Both the position numbers and the translations under genes were made by a program. A DNA stretch of 63,317 nucleotides, the filler included, from Actinomycetota bacterium (lineage in GTDB: Bacteria; Actinomycetota; CADDZG01; JAHWKV01; JAOPZY01), in the NCBI GenBank assembly GCA_025963875.1. It is 6 parts of 6 records of this genome, joined end to end, with 100 filler letters (N's around TTAATTAATTAA, not from the genome) between each part and the next. Parts side by side here need not be neighbours in the genome. Positions count along the whole stretch, not along the records: positions 1 to 15,868 come from JAOPZY010000088.1; positions 15,969 to 28,496 come from JAOPZY010000034.1; 4 more parts are not named here. One strand, written 5' to 3'. Under the pieces are notes generated by a model. It saw only the letters and a list, made by a program, of their open reading frames with translations, did not search any database and was not told the DNA's origin. Shown here one piece after another: positions 8,375 to 17,525 of this stretch. Position 1 is the stretch's first letter; every line of letters starts with the position of its first letter.

Positions 8375-10855
8375 TCAGACGACGACGAGGTTGATCAGGC
8401 GAGGCGGCACCGTGATGATCTTCGTGGGCACCTTCCCGTCCAGCAGGGCCACCACCTTCTCCCGGTCGAGGGCGATCGCCTGCATCTCCTCCGGCGTGAT
8501 GGTGACCGGCACCTCGACGGTGTCACGGACCTTCCCGTTCACCTGGATGACCATCGTCGTCCGCTCCTCCGCCAGGAGGGCCTCGTCGTAGGTGGGCCAG
8601 GGCTGGCGGTGGATCGACGAGTCCCAGCCCATCCGGTGCCACAGCTCCTCGGTGATGAAGGGGGCGATCGGGGCGAGCAGCTTGAGGAACGTCTCGGCCC
8701 CCTCCCGCGGGACGGGCCCACCCGCCCTGGAGAAGGCGTTGAGCACCTCCATGAGGCGGGCGATGGCGGTGTTGAAGCTGAAGGTCTCGAAGTCGTCCGT
8801 CACGGCCTTGACGGCTTTGTGGACCGAGCGTTGCAAATCGCCGTCGAGCGGCGCCGGGCCCACATCCGACAGCACCCGCCAGACTCTCGACAACCAGGAG
8901 AAGGCCACTCTGCCGATCTCCTCCAGGCCGTCGAGGGGGAAGTCGTAGGCGGCGCCGGGGGGGCTGCAGAAAAGGATGAACAACCGGGTGGCGTCCGCCC
9001 CGAAGCGCTCGACGGCCGCCGTCGCCTCGACGACGTTGCCGAGGGACTTCGACATCGCCTTGCCGCCCATGCTGATGCTGCCCTGGTTGAACAGGCGCAG
9101 GAACGGCTCGGGGAAGTCCAGCATCCCCATGTCCTGGAACGCCTTGGTGAAGAACCGGGCGTAGATGAGGTGCATCACGGCGTGCTCGATCCCGCCGACG
9201 TACTGGTCCACCGGGCACCAGGCCGCCACCGGCTCGGGGTCGAACGGCGCCTTCTCGTTGTGCGGGTCGCAGAACCGCAGGAAATACCAGGAGGAGTCGA
9301 AGAAGGTGTCCATGGTGTCGGTCTCGCGCCGCGCCGGCTTCCCGCACCGGGGACAGACGGTGTTGACCCAGTCCGTCGCGTTCGCGAGCGGGCTGACGGC
9401 ATCGTCGGTCGGGGTGTAGTCGGCCTCCTCCGGCAACAGGACCGGCAGCGCCTCCTCGGGCACGGGGACCTCGCCGTGCTCGGGGCAGTAGACGATGGGG
9501 ATCGGCGTCCCCCAGTAGCGCTGCCGGGACACGAGCCAGTCCCGCAACCGGTAGTTCACCGCGGCGTGGCCCCTTCCCTCCTTCTCCAACCAGGCGATGA
9601 CCTCGTCGATGCCCTCGCCGGTGTCGGGGAACACCACGGTGCCGGTGAACGGTCCCGAGTGGACCAGCACGCCGGGGCCGGGATAGGGCTCGGTCATCGT
9701 CTCGGGGTCGAGCCCCGGCTCCGCGTTCTCAGGCTCCACGACGACCCGGATGGGAATGTCGTAGGTGCGGGCGAACTCGAAGTCGCGCTGGTCGTGGGCG
9801 GGCACCGCCATGATGGCCCCCGTGCCGTAGTGGCTGAGCACGTAGTCGGCGGTCCAGACCGGGATCTCCTCGCCGTTGACGGGGTTGATCGCGACCGCCG
9901 GCAGCGCCATGCCGTGGCGGACCCGCTCCGAGGACACCCGCTCGACCTCCGTCTGGCGGCGCACCTCGTCGAGCAACTTGGTGAATGGCCCCTCGTACTC
10001 GGTGCCGGCCACCAGCTCGGCGGCGAACGGATGCTCCGGAGCGAGGATGAAGAAGGTGGCACCCCACAGCGTGTCGGGGCGGGTGGTGAACACCGGGTAC
10101 GATACCGGCGCCACCTCGGCCCGAGTCGGGACGACCTCGAAGGTCACCTCGGCCCCCTTGCTCCGCCCGATCCAGTTCCGCTGCTGGACGAGGACCTGGT
10201 CGGGCCACTCGAGGATCTCCATGTCGTCGATGAGGCGGTCGGCGTAGTCGGTGATCTTCAGGAACCACTGGGCCAGGTCCCGCACCTCCGGCACGGTGCC
10301 GCATCGCCAGCAGACACCGCCCGAGATCTGCTCGTTGGCCAGCACCGTCTTGTCCACCGGACACCAGTTGACCGGCGCCGTCTTGCGGTAGGCGAGGCCC
10401 CGCTCCAGCAGCTTGAGGAAGATCCACTGGTTCCAGCGGTAGTAGCCCGGGTCGGCGCTGATGACCTGGCGGTCCCAGTCGTAGGAGAAACCGAGCCGCA
10501 TCTGGGAACGTCGCATCCTCTCGATGTTGGCGAATGTCCATTCCCTGGGATGGACACCCCGGCTGATGGCGGCGTTCTCCGCGGGGAGGCCGAAGGCGTC
10601 GTAGCCCATGGGATGCAGGACGTCGTGGCCCTTCATCCGCCACTGGCGGGCGATCGCGTCCGCGATCGAGTAGTTCTCCACGTGCCCCATGTGCATGTCG
10701 CCCGAGGGGTACGGGAACATCTCCAGGACGTAGCGCTTCCGTGCCGGGTCGGGGGGCTCGGGGGCGGCGTGGGCCTGGTCCCGCTCCCACGCCGCGACCC
10801 ACTGCTCCTCAAAACTCTGAGGGTCGTAGCGCTCAGGTTCGGTGGGGCCTGCCAT
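8375..10855 (-). CDS. leuS: leucine--tRNA ligase
   Basis: MFPYPSGDMHMGH, FTTRPDT, GTGAIMAVPAHDQRD, SRQRYWG, AMSKS, QVNGKVR. Confidence 0.98.
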   Translation of the reverse strand: MAGPTEPERYDPQSFEEQWVAAWERDQAHAAPEPPDPARKRYVLEMFPYPSGDMHMGHVENYSIADAIARQWRMKGHDVLHPMGYDAFGLPAENAAISRGVHPREWTFANIERMRRSQMRLGFSYDWDRQVISADPGYYRWNQWIFLKLLERGLAYRKTAPVNWCPVDKTVLANEQISGGVCWRCGTVPEVRDLAQWFLKITDYADRLIDDMEILEWPDQVLVQQRNWIGRSKGAEVTFEVVPTRAEVAPVSYPVFTTRPDTLWGATFFILAPEHPFAAELVAGTEYEGPFTKLLDEVRRQTEVERVSSERVRHGMALPAVAINPVNGEEIPVWTADYVLSHYGTGAIMAVPAHDQRDFEFARTYDIPIRVVVEPENAEPGLDPETMTEPYPGPGVLVHSGPFTGTVVFPDTGEGIDEVIAWLEKEGRGHAAVNYRLRDWLVSRQRYWGTPIPIVYCPEHGEVPVPEEALPVLLPEEADYTPTDDAVSPLANATDWVNTVCPRCGKPARRETDTMDTFFDSSWYFLRFCDPHNEKAPFDPEPVAAWCPVDQYVGGIEHAVMHLIYARFFTKAFQDMGMLDFPEPFLRLFNQGSISMGGKAMSKSLGNVVEATAAVERFGADATRLFILFCSPPGAAYDFPLDGLEEIGRVAFSWLSRVWRVLSDVGPAPLDGDLQRSVHKAVKAVTDDFETFSFNTAIARLMEVLNAFSRAGGPVPREGAETFLKLLAPIAPFITEELWHRMGWDSSIHRQPWPTYDEALLAEERTTMVIQVNGKVRDTVEVPVTITPEEMQAIALDREKVVALLDGKVPTKIITVPPRLINLVVV

Positions 10856-10882
10856 AGCGGCACAGGCTACCTCACCGGTGGG

Positions 10883-11101
10883 TCACTCCCCGAACGTCTC
10901 CTCCAACGTGCGGCCCTCTTCGGCCAGCCGGCGGACCAGCGCCTGGATCTGATCCGCCGGAAACCGGCGATGACCGCCCAATGTCTTCACGTACGGAAGC
11001 TTCTGCTGCGTCGCCCATCTGGCGACCGTCTTGGGTGACACGTGCAGCAGGGCTGCCACCTCCTTGGGTAGCAGAAATTCAGTCTCGTTCGCCGCGATCA
11101 T
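10883..11101 (-). CDS. BldC-like small MerR-type HTH DNA-binding protein
   Basis: LLPKEVAALLHVSPKTVARWA..KL..VKTLGGHRRF matches the BldC family pattern. Confidence 0.85.
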   Translation of the reverse strand: MIAANETEFLLPKEVAALLHVSPKTVARWATQQKLPYVKTLGGHRRFPADQIQALVRRLAEEGRTLEETFGE

Positions 11102-11267
11102 GCGGGACCCCCCTTTCCCGATATCGTCCGGGATCTCAACGTTCCCGGCGATTAGGGCGAATATACAAGGAAGGGGAGGCGGAGAAAAGAGGGAAAACGC
11201 GCGCGCAAAAAGGCCCGCGTGGAGCGGGGGCGCGGCCCCGCCGATCGGGCCTGGCTAAGCCAGCGAA

Positions 11268-11298
11268 CCCGAGGCGCCCGCCATGGGGCGCCTCGGGT
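11268..11298. other. strong GC hairpin upstream of the bldC-like gene
   Basis: ACCCGAGGCGCCC-gccatg-GGGCGCCTCGGGT, ~13-bp stem. Confidence 0.5.
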
Positions 11299-11499
11299 CA
11301 GACCGCCGTGCTCGTGCTACGGGAGGAGACACCAGCGGGGCGCCGAGGATCTGCCGTGAGTTCCCGCAGCAGCCGGGGGGTTACCGCCATGGACTTCGCC
11401 GGCCGATCCTTGCGCACCACGTCCAGTGCCCCCTCCCGATCTTGGAAATGTCGTCGTCGTTCGAACCGCAAAATGGCTGGTAGGGGGAAGCGGAGTCTT

Positions 11500-11598
11500 C
11501 TACCTCATGTTGACGCTGCCGCCCCCTGCAAGGAACAGCCCTGCGAGGGTTGCCAAACCGATGACCTTGGGACCAATCCTCCGCACCATCGCCGCCAT
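11500..11598 (-). CDS. 32-aa small peptide MAAMVRRIGPKVIGLATLAGLFLAGGGSVNMR (candidate signalling peptide precursor)
   Basis: GGAGG RBS just upstream of ATG 11598; basic N-terminus, hydrophobic core, LAGGG, short polar tail; divergent from a sensor kinase. Confidence 0.6.
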   Translation of the reverse strand: MAAMVRRIGPKVIGLATLAGLFLAGGGSVNMR

Positions 11599-11910
11599 GC
11601 ACGTCCTCCGTTGGGTTTGACCGTGGCCGGTATGCAAAAGCCGGTCGACTTCGTCGAGAGTCATGATGACCTGCATACCTTGCCCCTCAATCCCCCAAGC
11701 GAGGGAACTACGGCGCCCTAACCAGGGGATTTCCGGGGACTCGGACGTGGGATGGGGACCCCTGCTACCCGCCGCGCACGGGGACACCCACCGTGGCAAA
11801 CTCTCAGCCAGACTGTGAACTTGGCTCTCAACAACTACGCTAGGGAACCCGGTAGAGCAGTCTGGGCAGAAGGAGGCCAGGGTCCCCCCCTGGGGCACTG
11901 GGGCAAGAAA

Positions 11911-13251
11911 ATGGCCGAGAAGCGCGCTTCAGCCCTGTATCTGTACAGCACAATCGTCGGCGCGGCCGCGCTCATCGTCTACGGAGTTGTCGCCGGATCG
12001 TGGTCGCACTGGCAACCGCGGGTCGGCCCGTGGGCCGTGCTCTTCTGGCTCATCGCCTGCGCCGCTTCCAACCTCCTCCCGGCTCCGGTCACATCGGATG
12101 TGGAAGTGACGATGAGCAGCCCGGTCAACATCGCCATCGCGTTCCTGTTCCCTCCACCGGTCGCTGCGGCCATCGTGGGCTTCGGCTCGCTGACCGACTG
12201 GGAGCTGCAGCGGGAGACCACACCTGTCCGTTCGGCCTTCAACCGCTCACAGCTGGCCCTCGCTGCGGCGGCCGCCTCGGTGTTCCTCCACGCTTCTCCC
12301 CCGACGGCGTGGCGGATGGGCGCCGGCATCCTCTGCTACAACCTCCTCAACCTCCTGTTCGTCACGTTTGGCCAGCACCTGGTCCACGGGACCAGGCTCA
12401 CCGAGATGTTCCGGCGAATCATCACGCCCGTGCCGAGCTTCATCGGCAGCTACCTCATCCTTGGAGCTCTCGGCGTCATCTTCGCCCTTGTCTACCGGGA
12501 TCTCGGCTGGTGGGCGGTCGCCCCCTTCCTCGTCCCGCTGCTGTTCGCCCGCTATGCCCTCCGCCACTCGAAGCAACTCGAGCAGGCACAGCGCGAGCGG
12601 CGGGCGCTGGCGGACAAGCTCATCGACGAACGCGAGCGCGAGCGCGCCCGGATCGCCAGCGACATGCACGACCTCGTGCTGCAGCGCCTCGCCGCCGCCC
12701 AGATCCAGTCGGACAACATCGGCTCGGCCCTCAAGGCGGGGAAGGTCGAGCAGGCCAGCGCCCTGGCCTCGATGGTCAAAGAGCAGGTGGCAGGCGCCAT
12801 CGCCGACATCCGCACCGCCATCGCCGACCTGCGCCGCAGTGCGCTCGACGGCGCCGACCTCGGGGGCACCCTCGACCGCTACGTGCGAGCCTTCCAGGCC
12901 GAGACCGCCATCGACGTCGATCTGGATGTCGATGGGCTCGAGGCCGGGCAGCTCCCTCTCCCGGTGGCGCTCCTGCTCTACGAGTGCACGCAGGAGGCCC
13001 TCACCAACGTGGTCCGCCACGCCGGGGCGTCGCATGTCGATCTCTGCCTCCACCGGCTCGGGGACTCGGTGGAGCTCAAGGTGCGCGACAACGGACGGGG
13101 CCCGTCGGGCAACGGCAAGGGCGGGGTGCATCTCGGGCTCACGCTCACCAAGGACAAGGTGGCCCTCGTGGGCGGTGGTGCCTGGTTCGAGGGGTGCGAG
13201 GGCGGGGGCGCCCAGGTCATCGTGCGGATCCCCGTGCGGAGCACCGACTGA
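11911..13251 (+). CDS. multi-TM sensor histidine kinase (HisKA_3/HATPase_c)
   Basis: several predicted TM segments, ERARIASDMHD H-box, QEALTNVVRHA, VRDNGRG, HLGL. Confidence 0.9.
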   Translation: MAEKRASALYLYSTIVGAAALIVYGVVAGSWSHWQPRVGPWAVLFWLIACAASNLLPAPVTSDVEVTMSSPVNIAIAFLFPPPVAAAIVGFGSLTDWELQRETTPVRSAFNRSQLALAAAAASVFLHASPPTAWRMGAGILCYNLLNLLFVTFGQHLVHGTRLTEMFRRIITPVPSFIGSYLILGALGVIFALVYRDLGWWAVAPFLVPLLFARYALRHSKQLEQAQRERRALADKLIDERERERARIASDMHDLVLQRLAAAQIQSDNIGSALKAGKVEQASALASMVKEQVAGAIADIRTAIADLRRSALDGADLGGTLDRYVRAFQAETAIDVDLDVDGLEAGQLPLPVALLLYECTQEALTNVVRHAGASHVDLCLHRLGDSVELKVRDNGRGPSGNGKGGVHLGLTLTKDKVALVGGGAWFEGCEGGGAQVIVRIPVRSTD

Positions 13252-13916
13252 TGACCCCTCGCCCCAGCTCGGACCCACCCACCACCATCAAGATCCTCAT
13301 CGCGGAGGACCACGTCGTACTGGCCCAGGCACTCGGGACCATGCTCGGCTTCGAGGACGCCTTCGAGGTGGTCGGCACCGTGTCCTCGGGCGACGAGGCC
13401 ATCGAGGCGTGCGTCGAGCGCAAGCCCGACGTCGTCCTCATGGACTACAAGCTCGTCGGCCTGAACGGTGTGGAGGCCACGAAGGAGATCCTCAAGCTCG
13501 TCCCGACGGCCAAGGTCCTGATCCTCACCATGTTCGACAACCAGGAGATCGTGGCGGCCGCGGTCGCCGCCGGGGCCGCGGGGTTCCTTCCGAAGAACGT
13601 CGACAGCGGCGAGCTCAAACGGGCCATCCACGCGGTGGCCCAGGGGAAGGGCTTCCTGCACCCGGATGTCACGATGCCGTTCCTCGAGCGCATCGGCGCT
13701 CTTGCGAGAGCGGACTCCCGCGAGCGCCTGACCGACCGGGAGCAGGTGGTGCTGCAGGAGCTCGCCTCGGGCAAGACGACGAAGGAGATCGCCGGGACCC
13801 TCGTGGTCTCCGAGGAGACGGTGAAGACCCACCTGGCCCACATCTACCAGAAGCTTGGCGTGAACGATCGCGTGCAGGCGGTCGCGCTGGCCCTTCGCCG
13901 CGGGTTGGTCAGGTAG
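13251..13916 (+). CDS. NarL/LuxR-family response regulator
   Basis: ILIAEDH, VVLMD, LT, K; LTDRE...TVKTHLAHIYQKLGV; ATG overlaps the kinase TGA. Confidence 0.93.
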   Translation: MTPRPSSDPPTTIKILIAEDHVVLAQALGTMLGFEDAFEVVGTVSSGDEAIEACVERKPDVVLMDYKLVGLNGVEATKEILKLVPTAKVLILTMFDNQEIVAAAVAAGAAGFLPKNVDSGELKRAIHAVAQGKGFLHPDVTMPFLERIGALARADSRERLTDREQVVLQELASGKTTKEIAGTLVVSEETVKTHLAHIYQKLGVNDRVQAVALALRRGLVR

Positions 13917-13945
13917 CTCTGGCCGCCGCTCCCTAGACTTCTCCC

Positions 13946-15343
13946 ATGACGACCGCCGGCATGTCCGACCGCAGTCCGGTCCGGCGGGTCGCTCTCGCCT
14001 CCCTCGTCGCCGCCCTCGCCCTGGTGGCGCTGAAGCTTGCCACGGCCCTCGCCACCGGGAGCCTGGCCATGCTCTCCGAGACCGCCCACTCCGGTCTCGA
14101 CGCCATGGTGACCGCTCTGACGCTGTACGCCGTCGCGGTGGCGGCCCGTCCCCCGGACGCCGATCACCCCTACGGCCACGGCAAGGCCGAGAACATCGCT
14201 GCGATGGTGGAGGCCGTCGCCCTGCTGCTGCTGGCGGCCACGTTGGGCCGGGAGGCCATCCTGCGCCTCATGCACCCCGGCCCACCCATCAACACCGCCT
14301 GGTACGCCTTTGCCGTGATGGCCGCCTCGATGGCGCTCGACGCCTTCCGGTTCCGGGTCCTGTCCGCAACGGGTCGGAAGTACCACAGCCCCGCCCTCAT
14401 GGCCGACGCCGTCAACTTCAAGGCCGATCTGCTGACGTCCGCCGCCGTGCTGCTGGGACTCGGCGCCGTGAAGCTCGGCTACAAGCAGGCCGATGCCATC
14501 GGCGGCCTTGTGGTCGCCCTCTACGTCGCCGCCCAGGCCGTGCTCATCGGCAGGCGCAGCATCGATGCCCTGATGGACCGGGCGCCCCAGGAGGCGCTCC
14601 GCAGGATCCGTGGCGCGGCCGGCGCCATCCCCGGCGTCCAGGTCCGCCGGGTGCGCCTCCGCTACGCCGGTGGCCAGCCGCAGACCGACGTGGTGGTGGG
14701 GGTCTCGCGCACCGTTCCGCTCGAGCGCGCCCATTCCCTCACCGAAGCGGTTGAGGAGGCGATCCGCTCCGTCGAGCCGGGGGCCGACGTCGTCGTTCAC
14801 GTCGAGCCGCTTGCGGACGAGCAGATCGTCGCCGAGCGGGTTCTGTCCGTGGCGGCGAGGCACCCGTCGGTGCACCAGGTGCACAACGTCTTCGTGGCCC
14901 GCCGTCCCGACGGTCTCCACATCTCGCTGCACGCGAAGTTCCCGGGGTCGATGACCCTTGCCGAGGCCCATGACATCGCGGAGCGCCTCGAGGCCGACAT
15001 CGCGGCCGAGGTGAGCGACGTGGCCCGCGTCGACACCCACCTCGAGCCGCTGGAGGGCGCAGCGACGCCCGGAGCCGACGTGACGTCCCAGCGCAGCGAA
15101 CTGGTGCGTTCGGTGAAGGCGCTTGCGGAGGCCCACGAGGAGGTGCGCAACTGCCACGAGGTGGTCGTGACCGACACCGAGGAGGGCCTCTCGGTGGTGA
15201 TGCACTGCGAGGCGGAGCCGGGCCTGTCGGTGGCGAGGACCCACGATGCCTCGACGATGATCGAGGACGACATCCACCGTCGCTGGCCGGAGGTCGAGCG
15301 CGTCACCGTGCACTTCGAACCGGCGAAGGGGGCCGGCGCCTGA
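13946..15343 (+). CDS. cation diffusion facilitator (FieF-like) with three C-terminal dimerisation-type domains
   Basis: SLAMLSETAHSGLD, PPDADHPYGHGKAE, ADAVNFKAD; C-terminal repeats ending HVEP, HLEP, HFEP. Confidence 0.88.
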   Translation: MTTAGMSDRSPVRRVALASLVAALALVALKLATALATGSLAMLSETAHSGLDAMVTALTLYAVAVAARPPDADHPYGHGKAENIAAMVEAVALLLLAATLGREAILRLMHPGPPINTAWYAFAVMAASMALDAFRFRVLSATGRKYHSPALMADAVNFKADLLTSAAVLLGLGAVKLGYKQADAIGGLVVALYVAAQAVLIGRRSIDALMDRAPQEALRRIRGAAGAIPGVQVRRVRLRYAGGQPQTDVVVGVSRTVPLERAHSLTEAVEEAIRSVEPGADVVVHVEPLADEQIVAERVLSVAARHPSVHQVHNVFVARRPDGLHISLHAKFPGSMTLAEAHDIAERLEADIAAEVSDVARVDTHLEPLEGAATPGADVTSQRSELVRSVKALAEAHEEVRNCHEVVVTDTEEGLSVVMHCEAEPGLSVARTHDASTMIEDDIHRRWPEVERVTVHFEPAKGAGA

Positions 15344-15351
15344 GGGCTTCT

Positions 15352-15405
15352 CAAAACTTCTGTCTGTTTCACCGCGCCATACGCGGTCAGGCAGACAGTT
15401 GTTTG
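15352..15405. repeat. ~54-bp imperfect palindrome between convergent genes
   Basis: CAAA..CTGTCTG / CAGACAG..TTTG arms with inner ACCGCG-ccata-CGCGGT. Confidence 0.6.
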
Positions 15406-15418
15406 CTAGGGCCCCCGG

Positions 15419-15868
15419 CTATGTGGCGGACAAGAGGTTGCTCAGGTGGGCGACGAGGTCCCCCTCGGGCACGGCCGTCTGCTCCCGGGTCGCGAGGTCC
15501 CGGACCGTGACGATCCCCTGCTCTTTCTCCTTCGGCCCTCGCAGCACGGCATAGGGGATGCCACGGGACGAGGCGTAGCCGAGCTGCTCGCCCATGTTCC
15601 CGCTCCGCTCGGTGCCCAGGTACACCTCGGCAGGGATGCCCGCAGCGCGCAGGACCGAGGCGGCCGCCAGGGCGTGGGGGCGGGAGCCGGCGTCCCACAC
15701 GGCGACCAGCACCTTGGCGGGCGAAACGACGCCCTCCTCGCCCCGGCTGACCAGTGGGATGATCCGCTCGATCCCGAGGGACCCTCCGACCGCGGGAATC
15801 GACCGGCCGGCGAACATGCCCACCAGGTCGTCGTAGCGGCCCCCGGACGAGATCGCCGAGGTCGAGCC
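15419..15868 (-). CDS. hisS: histidine--tRNA ligase, C-terminal part (5' end lost at contig edge)
   Basis: SGGRYDDLVGMF..PAVGGSLGIERI motif 3 plus anticodon-binding domain (QLGYAS..GIPY..G..E..VTVRDL). Confidence 0.88.
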   Translation of the reverse strand, partial: GSTSAISSGGRYDDLVGMFAGRSIPAVGGSLGIERIIPLVSRGEEGVVSPAKVLVAVWDAGSRPHALAAASVLRAAGIPAEVYLGTERSGNMGEQLGYASSRGIPYAVLRGPKEKEQGIVTVRDLATREQTAVPEGDLVAHLSNLLSAT

Positions 15869-15968
15869 NNNNNNNNNNNNNNNNNNNNNNNNNNNNNNNN
15901 NNNNNNNNNNNNTTAATTAATTAANNNNNNNNNNNNNNNNNNNNNNNNNNNNNNNNNNNNNNNNNNNN
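15869..15968. other. artificial contig spacer
   Basis: N44-TTAATTAATTAA-N44. Confidence 0.99.
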
Positions 15969-17254
15969 TGAATCCCGCGGGAGATCTCCCGCAGCTCGTC
16001 GAAGACGCTCGCCAGCCCCTGGGCAACGCGCGACAGGTCGCGCTCGAGCTCGCCGAGCTGCGGCGGCACCGCCGTCTGCGCCGCGCGCATCTGCAGCTGG
16101 AGCGAGACGAGGCGCTGCTGGATGCCGTCGTGCAGATCGCGTTCGATCCGCCTCCGCATCTCATCGGTGGCGGCGACGATCCGCGCGCGTGAGGCCTTCA
16201 GCTGGGCTCGGCTCTCCGCATTCGCGACCGCCGTCGCCACCAGCTCGGTGAACGAGGCGAGACGCGCCTCGGTGTCGGCCGGCAGCGGATGCCTCATGAT
16301 CGAGCCGGCGGCGATCAGGCCCCATAGGCGGCCTTCGACCGTGATTGGCGCCGCGAGCGACGAGTTGATGCCCGCTTCGTGGACGGCGACGCCGATCGGG
16401 CCAGAGGAGCTATCGGCATAGTTGTCGATCCGAGCGGAACTGCCGGTCTCGAGCACGATCGTGCCGAGGTTCTCCCCCCCAAGCATCCGTCGGGTTCCAG
16501 CGGGAAAGTGTTCGAGGGCCTTTCCCCAGGATGCGACCCAGGAGAGCGTACGGTCGCTCTCGTAGCGGCAGATGCTCGCCATATCGACCCGGAGCAGTTG
16601 CCCGACCTCGTCGAGAACCGTAGCGAACACCTCCTCCGGCAGCGTCCCACGCGCCACGAGCGTCGCGACCCGGCGCAACGCCGCCTGCTCCTCGGCCAGC
16701 CGGGCGAGACCGGCGCGGCTCTCCGCATTCGCGATCGCCGTCGCCACCAGCTCGGTGAACGAGGCCAGACGCGCCTCGGTGTCCGGCGGCAGCGAGTGGT
16801 CCGGTGTTGAGTAGATGGTCATCGCGCCCCAGAGGCGGCCCTCGACGACGATCGGCGTCCCGACGCCTGAGCCGATTCCCACCTCGCGGGCCGCAAGGCC
16901 AAGCGACCCGGAGGCATCGGCATAACTGTCGATCCGGACGGCACGGCCCGTCTCGAAGACGATCGTGTTGATGTTCTTCCCCCCAAGGATCTGCCGGCGA
17001 CCACTCGGAGGGAGGGGCTCGCCGCTCCTGCTCCAGACGGCCACCATGGTCGATGTCGTACCATCGAGCTCGTAGCGGTTCAGGCCCGCGTATTCGACGG
17101 AGAGCAGCCGCCCGACTTCCTCGGTGACGGCCGCGAACACCTCCTCGGACGGCACCCCACGCGCCACGAGCGTCGCGACCCGGCGCAACGCCGCCTGCTC
17201 CTCGGCCAGCGCACGCAGCTCCTTACCGCTCAACGATGCTCGCCATTCCGGCAC
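15969..17254 (-). CDS. tandem-GAF sensor histidine kinase (HisKA_3), 3' end lost at contig edge
   Basis: two repeats EEQAALRRVATLVARG...PI.VEGRLWG...DTEARLASFTELVATA.ANAESRA, then RRIERDLHDGIQQRL. Confidence 0.88.
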
Positions 17255-17525
17255 GATTGCGTGCCACGCGCTCCGGAAAGGCCTCTCGGGGCCGACCGGA
17301 GAACTGAACGGAGCCGTCTGCTAAGCCAACCCGCGACCCGCTCACCGGCCGGCCCCCCCTCAAAGAGTCGTCTACGCAAGACTTTACGGCTTGGACCGAA
17401 TCGGTGCCTTTGGCCCCGTACGGCCTCACTTGGAGGAGCTCGGGGCTCAGGGACACGATAGAAGCCGAATAATCGTTGCGCCTCGTTTGCCCTGCTCGCT
17501 ACACTGACCGCTGGGCGCTTCAGTC

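Noticed and set aside
8297..11038. Long antisense ORFs (913 aa here; also 2927-4609, 39741-41720, 47219-48949)
   Set aside because: Typical stop-poor shadow frames of high-GC genes opposite well-supported CDSs; no motifs.
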